A DNA stretch of 56,371 nucleotides from a bacterium (GCA_021814445.1 JAKAIF010000001.1:6070-62440); one strand, 5' to 3'; positions 27,414-39,206 are shown, counted from the stretch's first letter. A program made the numbers and translations. Notes: generated by a model from the letters alone, not told the origin.

Positions 27414-28406
27414 ATGTTTTCTCGTCGTTTCATTATTATTGCAATTATCTTTATCGTTTTGGTAGGAGGCACGGTTGCTGTTTTGGCTCGCGCCACAAGT
27501 CCTGTTTCTTTAGCTCACCCAGTTATATTTGAGGTCGCTTCGGGAGATGGGGTGTGGAAAATAGCGCAAGGATTATCTGCTCGTCACATCATTCTTTCTC
27601 CTCTGTGGTTTTCAATACAGACATTTTTTTCTGGAAATTTTAGTGACTTTAAACCGGGGCTTTATGAGATTTCATCAACTTCTTTTAAAGATTTAATTCA
27701 TATTTTGTCGCTTGGTCCTCAAGAAGTTAGGGTGACTATTGTTCCCGGTATGACGTTGCAAGATATAGATATTCTTTTTTCTCAGAAAGGCATTATCCCC
27801 GCTCACTCATTGCTCTCTGTTATGCCAACGGTATTGCGGTCAGCATGTTCTCCGTGTACGTACGCAGAGAATTTAGAGGGGCTTCTTACTCCTGACACTT
27901 ATCAATTTTATCGTGGAAGTACTCCACAAACTGTTTTACAAACCATTGCTGAGAATTCTGAAAAAGCGCTCCGTGTTGCGACTGAGGGGAAGTCGTATAC
28001 TGATCGCGAATTATACAACAAAATTATTGTGGCATCGTTGCTTGAAAAAGAAGTACAAAGTTATGCAGACAAACAAGTGGTGGCAGGAATTATTTATAAA
28101 CGTATTGCGTTAGGTATGCCTCTTCAAATTGATGCATCTGTTTTATATGGAGCGTGTCTTCGTGCGGTGGGGGAATGCGCGCTTACGAGAGAAGATTTCA
28201 AAAAAGATGGTTTATTTAATACCTATACCCGCAAGGGGCTTCCTCCCACCCCCATCGCAAGCCCCTCTCTAGATTCTTTGCGTGCCGCATTTCATCCACA
28301 ATCTAGTCCATATTTATATTACCTCTCTGATTCTGTGACAGGAACAACTTATTTTAGTAAGACGTTTGATGAACATGATACAAAGCGGGGAGTATATCTT
28401 CGATAA
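27414..28406 (+). CDS. mltG: endolytic murein transglycosylase MltG (YceG-like)
   Basis: N-terminal TM anchor; ASLLEKEV, LQIDASVLYG, YNTYTRKGLPPTPIASPS. ATG 27414 preferred over the track TTG 27366. Confidence 0.85.
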   Translation: MFSRRFIIIAIIFIVLVGGTVAVLARATSPVSLAHPVIFEVASGDGVWKIAQGLSARHIILSPLWFSIQTFFSGNFSDFKPGLYEISSTSFKDLIHILSLGPQEVRVTIVPGMTLQDIDILFSQKGIIPAHSLLSVMPTVLRSACSPCTYAENLEGLLTPDTYQFYRGSTPQTVLQTIAENSEKALRVATEGKSYTDRELYNKIIVASLLEKEVQSYADKQVVAGIIYKRIALGMPLQIDASVLYGACLRAVGECALTREDFKKDGLFNTYTRKGLPPTPIASPSLDSLRAAFHPQSSPYLYYLSDSVTGTTYFSKTFDEHDTKRGVYLR

Positions 28407-28434
28407 CCCTGCATCTCTTTTTTATTTTCCATAT

Positions 28435-28454
28435 TTTTTCACGATCGTGAAAAA
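28435..28454. repeat. palindrome tttttcacgatcgtgaaaaa (compensated variant of the family 1 core)
   Basis: Differs from tttttgacgatcgtcaaaaa by a paired G/C swap. Lies just after the mltG stop. Confidence 0.5.
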
Positions 28455-28692
28455 GGGTGAAAAAGAGCATGAGGGAGGAAAGTGCACAAGTTATCCCCAT
28501 GTCAATATTGACTCGGTGTATGGGATATGTAATTATACAGGTGATGCAATTCTCTATCGTATTTCAATGCCCTGCAACGGGCAGGGAAATCCAGCGTAAA
28601 TTGCGCCACCTACATTATTAATATGAACAATATTGATGCCCTTTGAGGAGAAGGGGGTCTTTTATTGTCGTTTTTAACCCACATAGAACCCT

Positions 28693-31600
28693 ATGCATAC
28701 GTTACGTGTTAAGTCGTTTTCTAAGCATTTTGGTGATTTTGCCAAGCGCCCCTATATGGCAGAGATCCAAAATAATTCGTGGAAGTGGTTTGTTGATCAT
28801 GGTATTAAAGAGTTGTTTGCCGAAGTGTCTCCTATTAAAGATTACACCGGCAAAGAGTATGAATTGTTTTTTGAAGGATATTCCTTTGATGAACCAAAGT
28901 TTTCTGAAGAAGAGTCGTGGCAAAGAGGGTCTACCTATGAAGCCGCATTGCGTGCGAAGGTTCGTTTAGTGCATCTCCCCTCAAAACGAGAGATGACACA
29001 AGATGTATATTTGGGTGATTATCCAGTCATGACTGACCGAGGTACGTTTGTGCTGAATGGAGTTGAGCGTGTGGTAGTTTCTCAGTTTATTCGTTCCGCA
29101 GGGGTAAACTTCACGGCGCGAGGTATTAAAGGAAAAAAGTATTTTGGTGCAAAAATCATTCCTGATCGTGGTAGTTGGATGGAGTTTGAAACTGACGCGA
29201 ATGGGTCTATTGAAGTAAAAATTGATAAACATCGTAAAGTGCCGTGCACCTCATTGTTGCGCGTATTTGGCATGGCGACCGATGAAGAAATTAAAAAAGT
29301 ATTTGCAGGGGTGGATACGGGTGTCGTGAAATATATTGAATCCACTCTCAAAAAAGATGTCGCGCACGACGTGGATGCGTCGTATATTGAAATGTATAAA
29401 CGGTTGCGCCCCGGAGATTTGGCGAGTGTAGATAACGCAAAAGGACTTATTGATGGCATGTTTCAACGTTCCGATCGTTTCAGTTTGTCTGAAGTGGGAC
29501 GATACAAATTCAATCAACGATTACAAATTTCAGAAAAGGAAAAAGTGACTACACAATTAGTTCGCTTAGAAGATCTCGTGCTTATTATTAAAGAGATTAT
29601 TCGTTTAAATAATGAACCGAAAGCGATGCCGGATGATATTGATAGTTTATCAAATCGTCGGGTGCGAAGCGTGGGAGAATTATTGCAGGGGCGTATGCGC
29701 GTAGGGTTTGCTCGTATGCGTCGTATTATTCAAGATCGTATGTCTACGACTGAATCAGCGATGTTGACTCCGATGCAACTTATTAACCCGAAGCCGCTCT
29801 CTTCTGTGGTGCGTGAATTTCTCGTATCATCTCAGCTTTCTCAGTTCATGGATCAAATCAATCCATTGGCTGAATTAGAGCATAAACGTCGTTTGTCGGC
29901 GTTGGGACCCGGAGGATTAACGCGCGAACGTGCAGGTTTTGAAGTGCGCGATGTACACACTTCTCACTATGGACGTGTCTGTCCTATTGAAACTCCTGAA
30001 GGACAAAACATTGGACTTATTGTTCACTTGTCTACCTTTGCGCGTGTGAATAGACTTGGATTTTTAGAAACACCGTATGTGCGCATTAAACATGGTGTGG
30101 TAACTGAGGAGGTGGTATATATGGACGCCGCCGAAGAAACAAAATATAAAATTGCTGAAGGAGGAACTGAAATAGATGCGCATCGTAAAATTAAACATGA
30201 AGATGTAGAGGCGCGTATTAATGGAGAGCCGGGTATGTGTACGCGTGATGAAGTTGATTTTATGGATGTCTCTCCCACACAGGTGGTAAGCTCCGCAACA
30301 AATATTATTCCGTTTTTGGAACATGATGACGCGAACCGCGCGCTCATGGGTTCAAACATGCAACGTCAAGCCGTGCCATCAGTGCGCCCTCAAATGCCGC
30401 TCGTGGGTACAGGGTTTGAAGATGTGGTAGCACATGATTCAGGACGTGTGGTGCTTGCTCCCGAAGACGGAGAAATTTCTAAAGTAGATGGTCAAACCAT
30501 TACCATGAAAGGAAAGAGCGGCACGATCCATTCTTATGAGATGAAAAAGTTTCGTCGCTCCAACCAATACACGACTATCAATCAAAAACCAATTTTACTT
30601 CCTGGAGAAAAAGTAAAGAAAGGGGAAGTGATTGCGGATGGACCATCCACTGATCATGGAACCTTAGCATTAGGGCAAAATTTGCTCGTCGCATTCTTGC
30701 CATTCTTTGGAGGAAACTTTGAAGACGCGATTGTGCTTTCAGAGCGTGTGGTGCAACACGATCGTTTTACGTCTATTTATATTGAAGATTTTGCGTGCGA
30801 TGTGCGTGATACAAAATTAGGACCAGAAGTAACTACCTCAGATATTCCAAACGTTTCAGAAGATAAATTACGCAACCTTGATGAAGAAGGAGTGGTGCGT
30901 ATTGGTGCAGAAGTGCGTGCGGGAGATATTCTTGTAGGTAAAATTTCACCAAAAGGAGAAACGGAACTTACCTCAGAAGAAAAATTACTTCGCTCTATCT
31001 TTGGAGAAAAAGCACGTGACGTGAAAGATACCTCACTCTATATGCCTCATGGAAAATCAGGACGCGTAGTGGGAATTAAAGTATTTTCACGTGAACGCGG
31101 AGATAAATTAGATCCTGGGGTTATTAAAAAGATTCAGGTTGAAGTTGCGCAATTACGTAAAGTACGCGCAGGAGATAAACTTGCCGGACGTCATGGAAAC
31201 AAAGGAGTTATCTCGCGTATTCGCGCAGTAGAAGATATGCCGTATTTAGCCGATGGAACTCCTGTTGATATTGTATTAAATCCGTTAGGAGTTGCATCTC
31301 GTATGAACTTAGGACAAGTGTTGGAAACGCACTTGGGTCTTGCCGCGCATAAGCTTGGATATCGTGTGGTGACTCCTGTGTTTACTGGAGCAACCGAAGA
31401 AGATATTAAAAAAGAATTGCAAACAGCCGGATATCCTGAAAATGGAAAAATGGTTGTGTATGATGGACAAACAGGGAAGCGATTTGATCAAGACGTGACG
31501 GTGGGATATATCTACATGTTGAAATTAAATCACTTAGTAGAGGATAAGATTCACATGCGTTCTATTGGACCATACTCATTGGTGACACAACAGCCATTGG

Positions 31601-31866
31601 GAGGAAAAGCGCAATTTGGAGGACAGCGTTTTGGAGAAATGGAAGTGTGGGCGCTTGAAGGATATGGCGCCGCGCATACGTTACAAGAAATGCTTACTAT
31701 AAAATCGGACGACGTGTTGGGACGCGCCGCCGCATTTGAATCAATCGTCAAGGGCGAACCCATTCGGGCATCAAACAATCCGTCCGCGTTTAATGTACTC
31801 ACGAACGAAATCAACGCGCTTGGATTTAAGATTGAACCGGTTAAAAAAGATGATATTAACGAATAA
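28693..31866 (+). CDS. rpoB: DNA-directed RNA polymerase subunit beta
   Basis: 1057 aa; [59 protein letters not shown]. Confidence 0.97.
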   Translation: MHTLRVKSFSKHFGDFAKRPYMAEIQNNSWKWFVDHGIKELFAEVSPIKDYTGKEYELFFEGYSFDEPKFSEEESWQRGSTYEAALRAKVRLVHLPSKREMTQDVYLGDYPVMTDRGTFVLNGVERVVVSQFIRSAGVNFTARGIKGKKYFGAKIIPDRGSWMEFETDANGSIEVKIDKHRKVPCTSLLRVFGMATDEEIKKVFAGVDTGVVKYIESTLKKDVAHDVDASYIEMYKRLRPGDLASVDNAKGLIDGMFQRSDRFSLSEVGRYKFNQRLQISEKEKVTTQLVRLEDLVLIIKEIIRLNNEPKAMPDDIDSLSNRRVRSVGELLQGRMRVGFARMRRIIQDRMSTTESAMLTPMQLINPKPLSSVVREFLVSSQLSQFMDQINPLAELEHKRRLSALGPGGLTRERAGFEVRDVHTSHYGRVCPIETPEGQNIGLIVHLSTFARVNRLGFLETPYVRIKHGVVTEEVVYMDAAEETKYKIAEGGTEIDAHRKIKHEDVEARINGEPGMCTRDEVDFMDVSPTQVVSSATNIIPFLEHDDANRALMGSNMQRQAVPSVRPQMPLVGTGFEDVVAHDSGRVVLAPEDGEISKVDGQTITMKGKSGTIHSYEMKKFRRSNQYTTINQKPILLPGEKVKKGEVIADGPSTDHGTLALGQNLLVAFLPFFGGNFEDAIVLSERVVQHDRFTSIYIEDFACDVRDTKLGPEVTTSDIPNVSEDKLRNLDEEGVVRIGAEVRAGDILVGKISPKGETELTSEEKLLRSIFGEKARDVKDTSLYMPHGKSGRVVGIKVFSRERGDKLDPGVIKKIQVEVAQLRKVRAGDKLAGRHGNKGVISRIRAVEDMPYLADGTPVDIVLNPLGVASRMNLGQVLETHLGLAAHKLGYRVVTPVFTGATEEDIKKELQTAGYPENGKMVVYDGQTGKRFDQDVTVGYIYMLKLNHLVEDKIHMRSIGPYSLVTQQPLGGKAQFGGQRFGEMEVWALEGYGAAHTLQEMLTIKSDDVLGRAAAFESIVKGEPIRASNNPSAFNVLTNEINALGFKIEPVKKDDINE

Positions 31867-31877
31867 TTTCTCCACCT

Positions 31878-34800
31878 ATGTCTACATTTTTTGATTTTGA
31901 TTATATTCGGTTAAAAATTCCTTCTCCTGAAGAAGTAGTTGCTTCATCGTTTGGAGAGGTGACAAAACCAGAAACGATAAACTATCGTACCCAACGCCCA
32001 GAAAAAGATGGATTGTTTTCTGAACGTATCTTCGGTCCCACAAAAGATTACAAATGTTATTGCGGTAAGTTTAAAGGATTGCGATACAAAGGAACAACGT
32101 GTGATAAATGCGGTGTGGAAGTTACTCGCGCGATTGTGCGTCGTGAACGCATGGGACACATTAAACTTGCGGCTCCTGTGGCTCACATTTGGTTCTTAAA
32201 AACAGGCAACTCAAAAATTGGTATTTTCTTTGATGCGCCGATTAGCAAATTAGAAAAGGTGGTATATTATGCGGCCTATATTGTGACTTCGGTACATGAA
32301 GATCGTCGCTTAGAAGCAATTGAAAACCTCAAGACTGAATTTAAGAGTAGAAAGAAAGAGAACGAAGGAGAGGCTCTTGAACAGATGGAAAAATCGTATG
32401 CAACGATTCGCGATTTTCTCATGGGGCTTAAGGTGGGAACTGTTATTAATGAATTAGAATATTTTGATTTCTCTCGCAAGTTGGGAGATGTGTTTGAAGC
32501 GGGTACGGGAGCTGAGGCTATTCGCAAAATTTTGGAAAAGATAAATTTGAAGAAAGAAATTGCGGAAACCGAAAAAGCGGTAGAGCGATTGGGTAAGAAA
32601 TCAGATAATATTATTGAAAAGAAATTATTACATCGCTTGCGAGTGCTTACGTCATTCCATAAAAATGGTATTCGTCCTGAATGGATGGTGATGACCGTAC
32701 TTCCGGTGCTTCCTCCTGATTTGCGTCCTATGGTTGCGTTGGATGGAAACCGATTTGCAAGTTCTGACTTAAACGATTTATATCGTCGGGTTATCAACCG
32801 CAATAACCGATTAGAAAAATTGGTTGAATTGCGTGCGCCAGAAATTATTGTGACAAATGAAAAACGTATGTTGCAAGAAGCAGTAGATGCTTTAATTGAT
32901 AACACCACTCGATTTGGACGCCAACAAATGTCTTCACAAAATCGTCCCTTGAAATCTCTTGCTGATATTTTGAAAGGAAAGCAAGGACGATTCCGTCAAA
33001 ACTTATTAGGAAAGCGGGTAGATTATTCAGGACGTTCCGTTATTGTGGTGGGACAAGATTTGAAATTGAATGAATGTGGTCTTCCAAAAAAGATGGCGTT
33101 GGAATTATTTAAACCATTTATTATCAATCAACTTTTGGACCGGGGCATGGCGCATAACATTAAAAATGCGAGCCGTCTTATTGAACAGGGAATTCCAGAA
33201 GTGTGGGAAATTTTAGAAGAAGTTATTCAGAATAAAGCGGTGTTACTAAACCGCGCGCCGACCTTGCACCGATTGGGTATTCAAGCATTTAAGCCCGTAT
33301 TGATTGAAGATTTAGCTATTCGTATTCCGCCTATGGTCTGTAGCGCGTTTAACGCGGACTTTGACGGTGACCAAATGGCGGTGCATGTGCCTCTTTCGAA
33401 AGAGGCTCAAAACGAAGCATGGGACAGAATGCTTGCTTCAAAAAATATTATTCGTCCTTCAAATGGAGAACCAGTTGCGACTCCTTCATTGGATATCGTG
33501 TTGGGTTGTTATTATCTTACCAAGGTGGTGGGCGAAGCGGATAATGAACACATTCATCGTTTTTCTGATGAAGCAGAAGCGCTTATGGCTCTTGAATTTG
33601 GTGTGGTCCGTATCAACGAACCGGTGCTGATTCCTTCCTTATGTGCTGATCAAACTTCAGTAGGACGTCTTATTTTCAACTCTATTATTCCTGAGGCGCT
33701 CGGCTATGTGAATGATCTGATGAATAAGAAAAATTTGCAGAAACTGGTGGCGCGCTATGTGGATGTGCTTGGATTAGATACCGCATGGGAATTTTTGGAC
33801 GCTATTAAAGTGCTTGGATTTAGATATGCCGCATTATCAGGTACCACCTGGAGCACCTTTGATTTGCGTATTCCTGCCGAGAAAGAAGCTATTGTGGCAA
33901 AAGCGCGCAAACAAGTTCGCGCTATTGAGCAGCAATATGAAGAAGGATTCTTTGACGCAGATGAAAAGAAAGCACGTGCCATTCAAATTTGGAATGGCGC
34001 AAAAGAAGAGGTTGCGGCAACGGCTCCTCATGCGCTTATTGAGCAAGGAGAAAATCCTATTTTCAACATTATTGATTCAGGATCTCGTGGTTCATGGGCT
34101 CAAACAAACCAAATGATTGGTATGAAAGGACTTCTTACGAATCCGCAAGGAGATACGATTGAGCTTCCTGTTATTTCTTCATACAAAGAAGGACTTTCAG
34201 TGTTGGAATTCTTTATCAACACACACGGAGCGCGTAAAGGACTTACTGATACCGCGTTGAAAACTGCGGAAGCAGGATACATGACTCGTAAAATGGTGGA
34301 TGTGTGTCAGGATATTACGATTAATAAAGACGATTGTCATACGAGTGACGGAGTTACCATAGAGCGCGCAGTGGGTGCGGAGTATGGATTTGCGTTTAAT
34401 GTGCGTCTCTTTGGACGAACACTTGCTCGTGATGTGAAGGAAGGAAATAAAATTATTGCACGCGAAGGACAAATAGTTGATCGTGTGGTCGGAGAAGCAA
34501 TCTTGAAATCAGCCGTGAGTGAAGTAGTGGTGCGCTCGCCGATTACGTGTCGTTCTTTATACGGCGTATGCTCTAAATGCTATGGGCTTGATTTAGGAAG
34601 ACTTCGCCCCATTCATACCGGAGAAGCGATTGGTATTATTGCGGCGCAATCCATTGGAGAACCAGGAACACAGCTAACGCTTCGTACCTTCCACTCGGGA
34701 GGAGTTGCGGAAAAAGATATTACCTCGGGACTTCCTCGTATTCAAGAAATTTTTGAGGCTCGTGCGCCAAAAGGACGAGCGGCTCTTGCAAAGGAAGATG

Positions 34801-35501
34801 GGGTAATTGAAGAAATTGAAGATCGTCACGTTGCTCGTATTATTAAGTTGCGTAGCACGACTCGCGCAAAAGGGAAAAAAGCGCAAGAAAAAATTGCTGA
34901 ATATCAGGTGCCGTGGAATGCAACCATCTTTTTCTCAGTAGGAGATAAAGTAGAGAAGGGAACTCCCTTGCACGAAGGAAGTATTGATTTGAAAGAATTA
35001 TTTGTTTTGAAAGGAAAAGAAGCAGTTGAGAAATACGTGATCAATGAAGTACAGAAAATTTATGTGTCAAATGGAAGTATTATTAGCGACAAGCATATTG
35101 AAGTCATTGTAAAACAAATGTTCTCTCGTGTGCTTATTAAAGAAACAGGAGATAGTAATTTTGTCCGGGGACAAATTATTGAGAAGGCTCGTTTCCTTGA
35201 GGTAAATCGCACGCTTCACACCAAAGGAAAGATTCCTGCAAAAGCGCGTCAATTATTGTTGGGTATTACCCGCGCCGCGCTTACAACCGAAAGCTTCCTC
35301 TCCGCCGCCTCATTCCAAGAAACTGCTCGTGTGTTAGTGAACGCTGCTTCTGAATGTAAGATTGATAAATTGCGGGGATTGAAGGAAAACGTTATTATTG
35401 GACGATTTATTCCTGCGGGAACGGGTTTGGAAACTGATGCGCAAAGAGATGTTCGTGTTGCAAAAGAGTCGTCAGTAAGTACTTCTTCAGAGGAAGAGTA
35501 A
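31878..35501 (+). CDS. rpoC: DNA-directed RNA polymerase subunit beta'
   Basis: 1207 aa. Zn finger [23 protein letters not shown], catalytic [20 protein letters not shown]. Confidence 0.97.
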   Translation: MSTFFDFDYIRLKIPSPEEVVASSFGEVTKPETINYRTQRPEKDGLFSERIFGPTKDYKCYCGKFKGLRYKGTTCDKCGVEVTRAIVRRERMGHIKLAAPVAHIWFLKTGNSKIGIFFDAPISKLEKVVYYAAYIVTSVHEDRRLEAIENLKTEFKSRKKENEGEALEQMEKSYATIRDFLMGLKVGTVINELEYFDFSRKLGDVFEAGTGAEAIRKILEKINLKKEIAETEKAVERLGKKSDNIIEKKLLHRLRVLTSFHKNGIRPEWMVMTVLPVLPPDLRPMVALDGNRFASSDLNDLYRRVINRNNRLEKLVELRAPEIIVTNEKRMLQEAVDALIDNTTRFGRQQMSSQNRPLKSLADILKGKQGRFRQNLLGKRVDYSGRSVIVVGQDLKLNECGLPKKMALELFKPFIINQLLDRGMAHNIKNASRLIEQGIPEVWEILEEVIQNKAVLLNRAPTLHRLGIQAFKPVLIEDLAIRIPPMVCSAFNADFDGDQMAVHVPLSKEAQNEAWDRMLASKNIIRPSNGEPVATPSLDIVLGCYYLTKVVGEADNEHIHRFSDEAEALMALEFGVVRINEPVLIPSLCADQTSVGRLIFNSIIPEALGYVNDLMNKKNLQKLVARYVDVLGLDTAWEFLDAIKVLGFRYAALSGTTWSTFDLRIPAEKEAIVAKARKQVRAIEQQYEEGFFDADEKKARAIQIWNGAKEEVAATAPHALIEQGENPIFNIIDSGSRGSWAQTNQMIGMKGLLTNPQGDTIELPVISSYKEGLSVLEFFINTHGARKGLTDTALKTAEAGYMTRKMVDVCQDITINKDDCHTSDGVTIERAVGAEYGFAFNVRLFGRTLARDVKEGNKIIAREGQIVDRVVGEAILKSAVSEVVVRSPITCRSLYGVCSKCYGLDLGRLRPIHTGEAIGIIAAQSIGEPGTQLTLRTFHSGGVAEKDITSGLPRIQEIFEARAPKGRAALAKEDGVIEEIEDRHVARIIKLRSTTRAKGKKAQEKIAEYQVPWNATIFFSVGDKVEKGTPLHEGSIDLKELFVLKGKEAVEKYVINEVQKIYVSNGSIISDKHIEVIVKQMFSRVLIKETGDSNFVRGQIIEKARFLEVNRTLHTKGKIPAKARQLLLGITRAALTTESFLSAASFQETARVLVNAASECKIDKLRGLKENVIIGRFIPAGTGLETDAQRDVRVAKESSVSTSSEEE

Positions 35502-35541
35502 AAAATCAGGAATAAGAAGGACTTGAAATACTAACATTTTT

Positions 35542-35991
35542 ATGATACTGTCTAAAACACCTATGGATCAAAATGAAGACAAAAAAGAATACGAATTATC
35601 TTTTCTCTTAAGAAATGAAGAGGGAATTGCGGCATTACAGGGTATGCTCACCAAATTTGGATGTGTTCCTACCTCACAAAGCGAGATAAAACGCATTGTG
35701 CTTGCCTATCCTATTAAGAAAGAAACAAGCGCATTGTTTGGGTATGTCTATTTTATGGCAACTCCTGAGCATATGAAAGAATTTACTCATGAATTACGCT
35801 TGGAATCTCACGTACTTCGCTTCTTATTGATTAATAAACCAATCAAACGCGAGTTTGTTTCTGCGAGCGAGGGTTCTCCTCGTCGTGGCGCACCTGAAGT
35901 TTCTGAAAAGGAGGGGGTTTCCGAGGAAAAACCATCTCACGCGGTTACGAATGAAGATTTAGAAAAGAAGCTTGAGGAGATACTCAATTAA
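35542..35991 (+). CDS. rpsF: 30S ribosomal protein S6 (with acidic C-terminal extension)
   Basis: YELSFLLRNEE...IKRIVLAYPIKKE...GYVYFMATPE...LRFLLI, in the rpsF-ssb-rpsR order. The start could alternatively be ATG 35563. Confidence 0.85.
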   Translation: MILSKTPMDQNEDKKEYELSFLLRNEEGIAALQGMLTKFGCVPTSQSEIKRIVLAYPIKKETSALFGYVYFMATPEHMKEFTHELRLESHVLRFLLINKPIKREFVSASEGSPRRGAPEVSEKEGVSEEKPSHAVTNEDLEKKLEEILN

Positions 35992-36004
35992 AAAAATTTA
36001 ATTT

Positions 36005-36035
36005 CCCCGCTTCGACTCATGCGAAGCGAGGCGAG
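36005..36035. repeat. family 3 repeat, inverted copy (ccccgcttcgactcatgcgaagcgaggcgag)
   Basis: Its reverse complement aligns with the copies at 21561 and 36826. It forms a stem of about 10 bp, cgcttcg...cgaagcg. Confidence 0.7.
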
Positions 36036-36065
36036 TAATTTTTAAATAAATTTTGCAATATTATT

Positions 36066-36560
36066 ATGAATCTCAACAAAGTATTTATCATTGGCCGAGT
36101 CACTTCTGATGTATCATTAAAAGCGACCGCGACCAATCAGCCTGTTTCTAATTTTTCGGTTGCAACAAACCGTGTATGGAAAGATAAAGCTGGTGCTAAA
36201 CAAGAGAGTACCGAGTTTCATAATGTGGTGGTGTGGGGACGACAAGCAGAAATTGCAAGTCAATTCCTTACCAAAGGAGCTATGGTCATGATTGAGGGAC
36301 GATTACAGACACGCAGTTGGAAAGATACCAACGAGCAGAATCATAAAATCACTGAGATTGTGTGTGAAAATATCCAGCTAGGACCACGCGCAGGCGGAGC
36401 ACCAGGAGGCGGGGGATCGTCATACACTCCACGCGCCGCATCTCCGAAACCAAAAGGAACTGCTGTGGATGCGATTGATACCATGGGAGATTTAGAAGAA
36501 AATATCCCAGAAATCTCATTAGATGAAGCAGAAATAAAACCAGAAGATTTACCATTTTAA
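36066..36560 (+). CDS. ssb: single-stranded DNA-binding protein
   Basis: OB-fold MNLNKVFIIGRVTSD...TEFHNVVVWGRQAE...IEGRLQTRSW, Gly-rich linker, acidic DLPF tip. Confidence 0.92.
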   Translation: MNLNKVFIIGRVTSDVSLKATATNQPVSNFSVATNRVWKDKAGAKQESTEFHNVVVWGRQAEIASQFLTKGAMVMIEGRLQTRSWKDTNEQNHKITEIVCENIQLGPRAGGAPGGGGSSYTPRAASPKPKGTAVDAIDTMGDLEENIPEISLDEAEIKPEDLPF

Positions 36561-36579
36561 TTAATATACATATACACAG

Positions 36580-36813
36580 ATGGCATTTAATACAAATTCA
36601 AAAAATAATTCAGCGAGACAGTGCTTTTTCTGCTCACAGAATTTAAAAGAAATTGATTATAAAGATACACTTTTATTAAAGCGGTTTATTTCTGGACAAG
36701 GAAAAATTGTTGATCCTCAGCATACTGCAACCTGTTCAAAACATCAGCGTCGTTTGGCGCAAGCAATTAAGCGCGCTCGCTATCTTTCACTTTTGTCATT
36801 TGTGAAAAAATAA
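36580..36813 (+). CDS. rpsR: 30S ribosomal protein S18
   Basis: [27 protein letters not shown]....[21 protein letters not shown]. Confidence 0.92.
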   Translation: MAFNTNSKNNSARQCFFCSQNLKEIDYKDTLLLKRFISGQGKIVDPQHTATCSKHQRRLAQAIKRARYLSLLSFVKK

Positions 36814-36825
36814 AGAATAGTAACT

Positions 36826-36856
36826 AGCTCGCCTCGCTGAAGTTGTGGCGAAGCGG
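36826..36856. repeat. family 3 repeat, copy B
   Basis: agctcgcctcgctgaagttgtggcgaagcggg. Followed by the bidirectional stem-loop aaaaaatatcccc-gta-ggggatatttttt at about 36868-36895. Confidence 0.7.
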
Positions 36857-36906
36857 GCAATTAGTAAAAAAATATCCCGTAGGGGATATTTTTTGTGTAT
36901 GGAAAT

Positions 36907-37473
36907 TTAAAGTTTTTCTATAATTTCTAATGCGAGAGGGAGTTCGCGGACATTTTCGTCTGCCCATATGTGTCCATAATTTTCTACGATGTGTGTTTCT
37001 GCTCCTAAGCTTTTTTCAAATATTGTTTTGTTTTCTGCGAGAGGCACGTAGGGGTCATTATCTGAAAGAATGGCGTATATATTTTGTGCGTGAGTTTTTA
37101 TTTTTGCAAAATCAATGGGTGTGGTCAGCCACGGTTCTGCAATTTCTTTTTCTTCTTCTGTCTCTAGTTCGTTGAGTGTGAACCATCCTGCAACACAGAG
37201 TATTGCTCTCAACATTGTTTTCTCCGGAGGTGTTTCTAGATATCGCAGTATGGTCTGGCACCCGATACTATGACCAATCAGAATCGTTTCTGGTGTTAGC
37301 TGTATGTTCTTAGTGAGGAAGGGGATCCACTCTCGTATGGTGGGGTAATCTGGGTTGGGCATCTGGAGAATATGTACTTCGTATCCTCGTTTTTCTAACT
37401 TTTGTTTGAGTCATGGAAACCATGCTTGCTCGGGTGATTCACTCCATCCGTGGATAAAATATGCGCGTTTCAT
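36907..37473 (-). pseudogene. YdeN/RBBP9-like serine hydrolase interrupted by an in-frame TGA (pseudogene or recoded)
   Basis: The minus-strand frame reads MKRAYFIHGWSESPEQAWFP*LKQKLEKRGYEVHILQMPNPDYPT...ILIGHSIGCQ (GHSxG nucleophile). The TGA lies at 37411-37413 (plus strand tca). The track only reports the part after the stop (36907..37362). Confidence 0.75.
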
Positions 37474-37488
37474 GGGTATAATTATAGT

Positions 37489-38190
37489 TTATTTTATAAA
37501 TGTGTATTTTTTCCTTTTTTCTTTTTTTACGTGTTGTATTAATTCTTCTGCAAGCTTTCTCTTCCTTAATAATGTTGGAAGATTCTTTTTATAATAAATC
37601 CACCTAAGAAGTTGGATTGATTCGTGTTTACCGAATTTAATCCCCCAAATAGGAACGCAGTTTTTATTTTTTGGTTTTGCGCAAACAACAGCTCCACTTA
37701 TTGGTGATAATTCTTTTATTTTCTTGTGTAGCCAGAGGATGTGTTCTTTGCTCGCAGATATAAATCTAACAAATACACGATAATTTGTGTATACTCTTCC
37801 TTTATATGTCTCGCGTTTATCAATGTAAGTCTGGATATTTCCATCGCCATCCAAGTGTCCACGCAAAAAATCTTTAAAGAATCTGTTTGGAATTTCTATC
37901 GCTCCGATGGTGTATGTTTTTGCTGGGAACAACCCTATTTTTAAAAGCCAATTGTAGAACTGAACATTTCCAAACTGAACTCGGTACCCCCTGTCATTTT
38001 CAGTTGAACCTATTTTATTAGTAAGATTTAAACAGTATTTAAATGTTTCTAGGAGTTGAGGATCGGATGACCTCATATTAATATGTCTTCCGTCTTTTGA
38101 TAAGTTTCCATCGGTCACTAAAAGACCGACGATGTATGCGAGTTGTGGCGACCATACAAAATTCCTTGTGGGTAATTTTGTTCTTGCCAT
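37489..38190 (-). mobile_element. free-standing LAGLIDADG homing endonuclease (double-motif)
   Basis: Two dodecapeptide motifs, LAYIVGLLVTDGNLSKDG and FLRGHLDGDGNI. The track ORF (to 38229) overlaps the tRNA 3' end; ATG 38190 (MARTKLPTRNF) is preferred. Confidence 0.85.
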
Positions 38191-38202
38191 AATATTATTC
38201 TG

Positions 38203-38286
38203 TGCCCGAGGCCGGACTCGAACCGGCAAGGTCTTGCGACCATAACATTTTGAGTGTTACGTGGTTACCAATTTCACCACCCGGGC
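38203..38286 (-). tRNA. tRNA-Leu (anticodon CAA), class II with long variable arm
   Basis: The minus strand reads GCCCGGG-TG-GTGAAATTGGTAACCAC-G-TAACA-CTCAAAA-TGTTA-TGGTCGCAAGACCTT-GCCGG-TTCGAGT-CCGGC-CTCGGGC-A. The cloverleaf folds by eye. CCA is not encoded. Confidence 0.9.
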
Positions 38287-38429
38287 AAATATCTAATAAC
38301 GAATTGATACTAACAAGTTTTTACGCTAAAATCAATTGACGAGTGGAGAGTCATTAGTTGCTAGTCGTTAGATATTTTTCGCTATCACATACTCATTACT
38401 CATGACTACATACTAAACACTAATTTTTT

Positions 38430-39206
38430 ATGGCTCGTGTTATTGCCGTTACTAATCAAAAAGGAGGAGTAGGAAAAACGACCACCTCGGTTAATTTGGC
38501 TGCTTATTTAGCGTCTATGGGGCGACGGGTTTTACTCATTGATTTTGATCCACAAGCAAATGCATCATCGGGCTTAGGAGTCCCGACTCATTTAATTACT
38601 GAAAGCATATATCACGTGTTGATGGGACAGATGCCCCATGATCAAGTGGTGCGTCGCACAACCCTTCCCAATCTGCATATTATTCCCGCGAATCAAGATT
38701 TATCTGGGGCGGCAGTTGAGTTGATGCAAGTTCCCGATCGTGAATCAATGTTAAAGAATGTGGTGAATCGCTTACGTCATCACTATCACTATATCATTAT
38801 TGATTTGCCGCCGAGTTTAAGCTTGCTTACTATTAATGGACTTGTAGCGGCAGATGAAGTGCTCATTCCTATTCAGGCAGAATATTACAGCTTAGAAGGA
38901 CTCGGACAATTATTAGGCACGATTGATTTGATAAATAAAAATTTAAATGCTCGCGTGAAGGTGTGTGGTGCTTTGTTAACCATGTACAATAAGCGAGAGA
39001 CGCTCAGTAGGGAAGTTGCAAAGGAAGTGCGGCGGCATTTTCCGTATCATGTGTTTGAATCAGAAATCCCGCGCGCCATCGCGCTTGCTGAGGCACCGAG
39101 TTTTGCAAAACCGGTAGTCTTATTTGATCCGCATTCTTCGGGTGCTCGCGCGTATGAATTATTGGCACGTGAGGTGATTGCGCAGGAACCGCAAGCCACA
39201 ATGTAA
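38430..39206 (+). CDS. parA: chromosome partitioning ATPase ParA/Soj
   Basis: ARVIAVTNQKGGVGKTTTSVNLAAYLA deviant Walker A, IIIDLPPSL, and further ParA-like sequence to the C-terminus. Confidence 0.92.
   Translation: MARVIAVTNQKGGVGKTTTSVNLAAYLASMGRRVLLIDFDPQANASSGLGVPTHLITESIYHVLMGQMPHDQVVRRTTLPNLHIIPANQDLSGAAVELMQVPDRESMLKNVVNRLRHHYHYIIIDLPPSLSLLTINGLVAADEVLIPIQAEYYSLEGLGQLLGTIDLINKNLNARVKVCGALLTMYNKRETLSREVAKEVRRHFPYHVFESEIPRAIALAEAPSFAKPVVLFDPHSSGARAYELLAREVIAQEPQATM

Noticed and set aside
28455-28692. Attenuator or ribosomal-protein-type leader upstream of rpoB
   Set aside because: I found only weak 5-6-bp hairpins (ccctgc...gcaggg and ccctt...aaggg) with poor T-runs, and no recognisable conserved structure. 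A long 5' UTR is possible but unsupported.
32276-32908. 210-aa minus-strand ORF, and many other 60-125-aa ORFs antisense to rpoB, rpoC, ileS, secDF, the Clp-like gene and others
   Set aside because: These are shadow ORFs lying entirely inside strongly supported conserved genes on the other strand. Their composition is low-complexity and biased, and they have no start signals.
37411-37413. Genome-wide UGA reassignment (code 4 or 25) as the explanation for the in-frame TGA
   Set aside because: TGA sits at the natural C-terminus of well-conserved genes in this window. Examples are murC (23778-23780) and the CobD/HisC-like gene (49044-49046), as well as the ORFs ending at 9078 and 41443. A global reassignment is therefore unlikely, and local readthrough, pseudogenisation or error remain.
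38191-38229. Longer LAGLIDADG ORF start at 38229
   Set aside because: It would overlap the 3' part of tRNA-Leu (38203-38229). The ATG at 38190 gives a clean, non-overlapping start.
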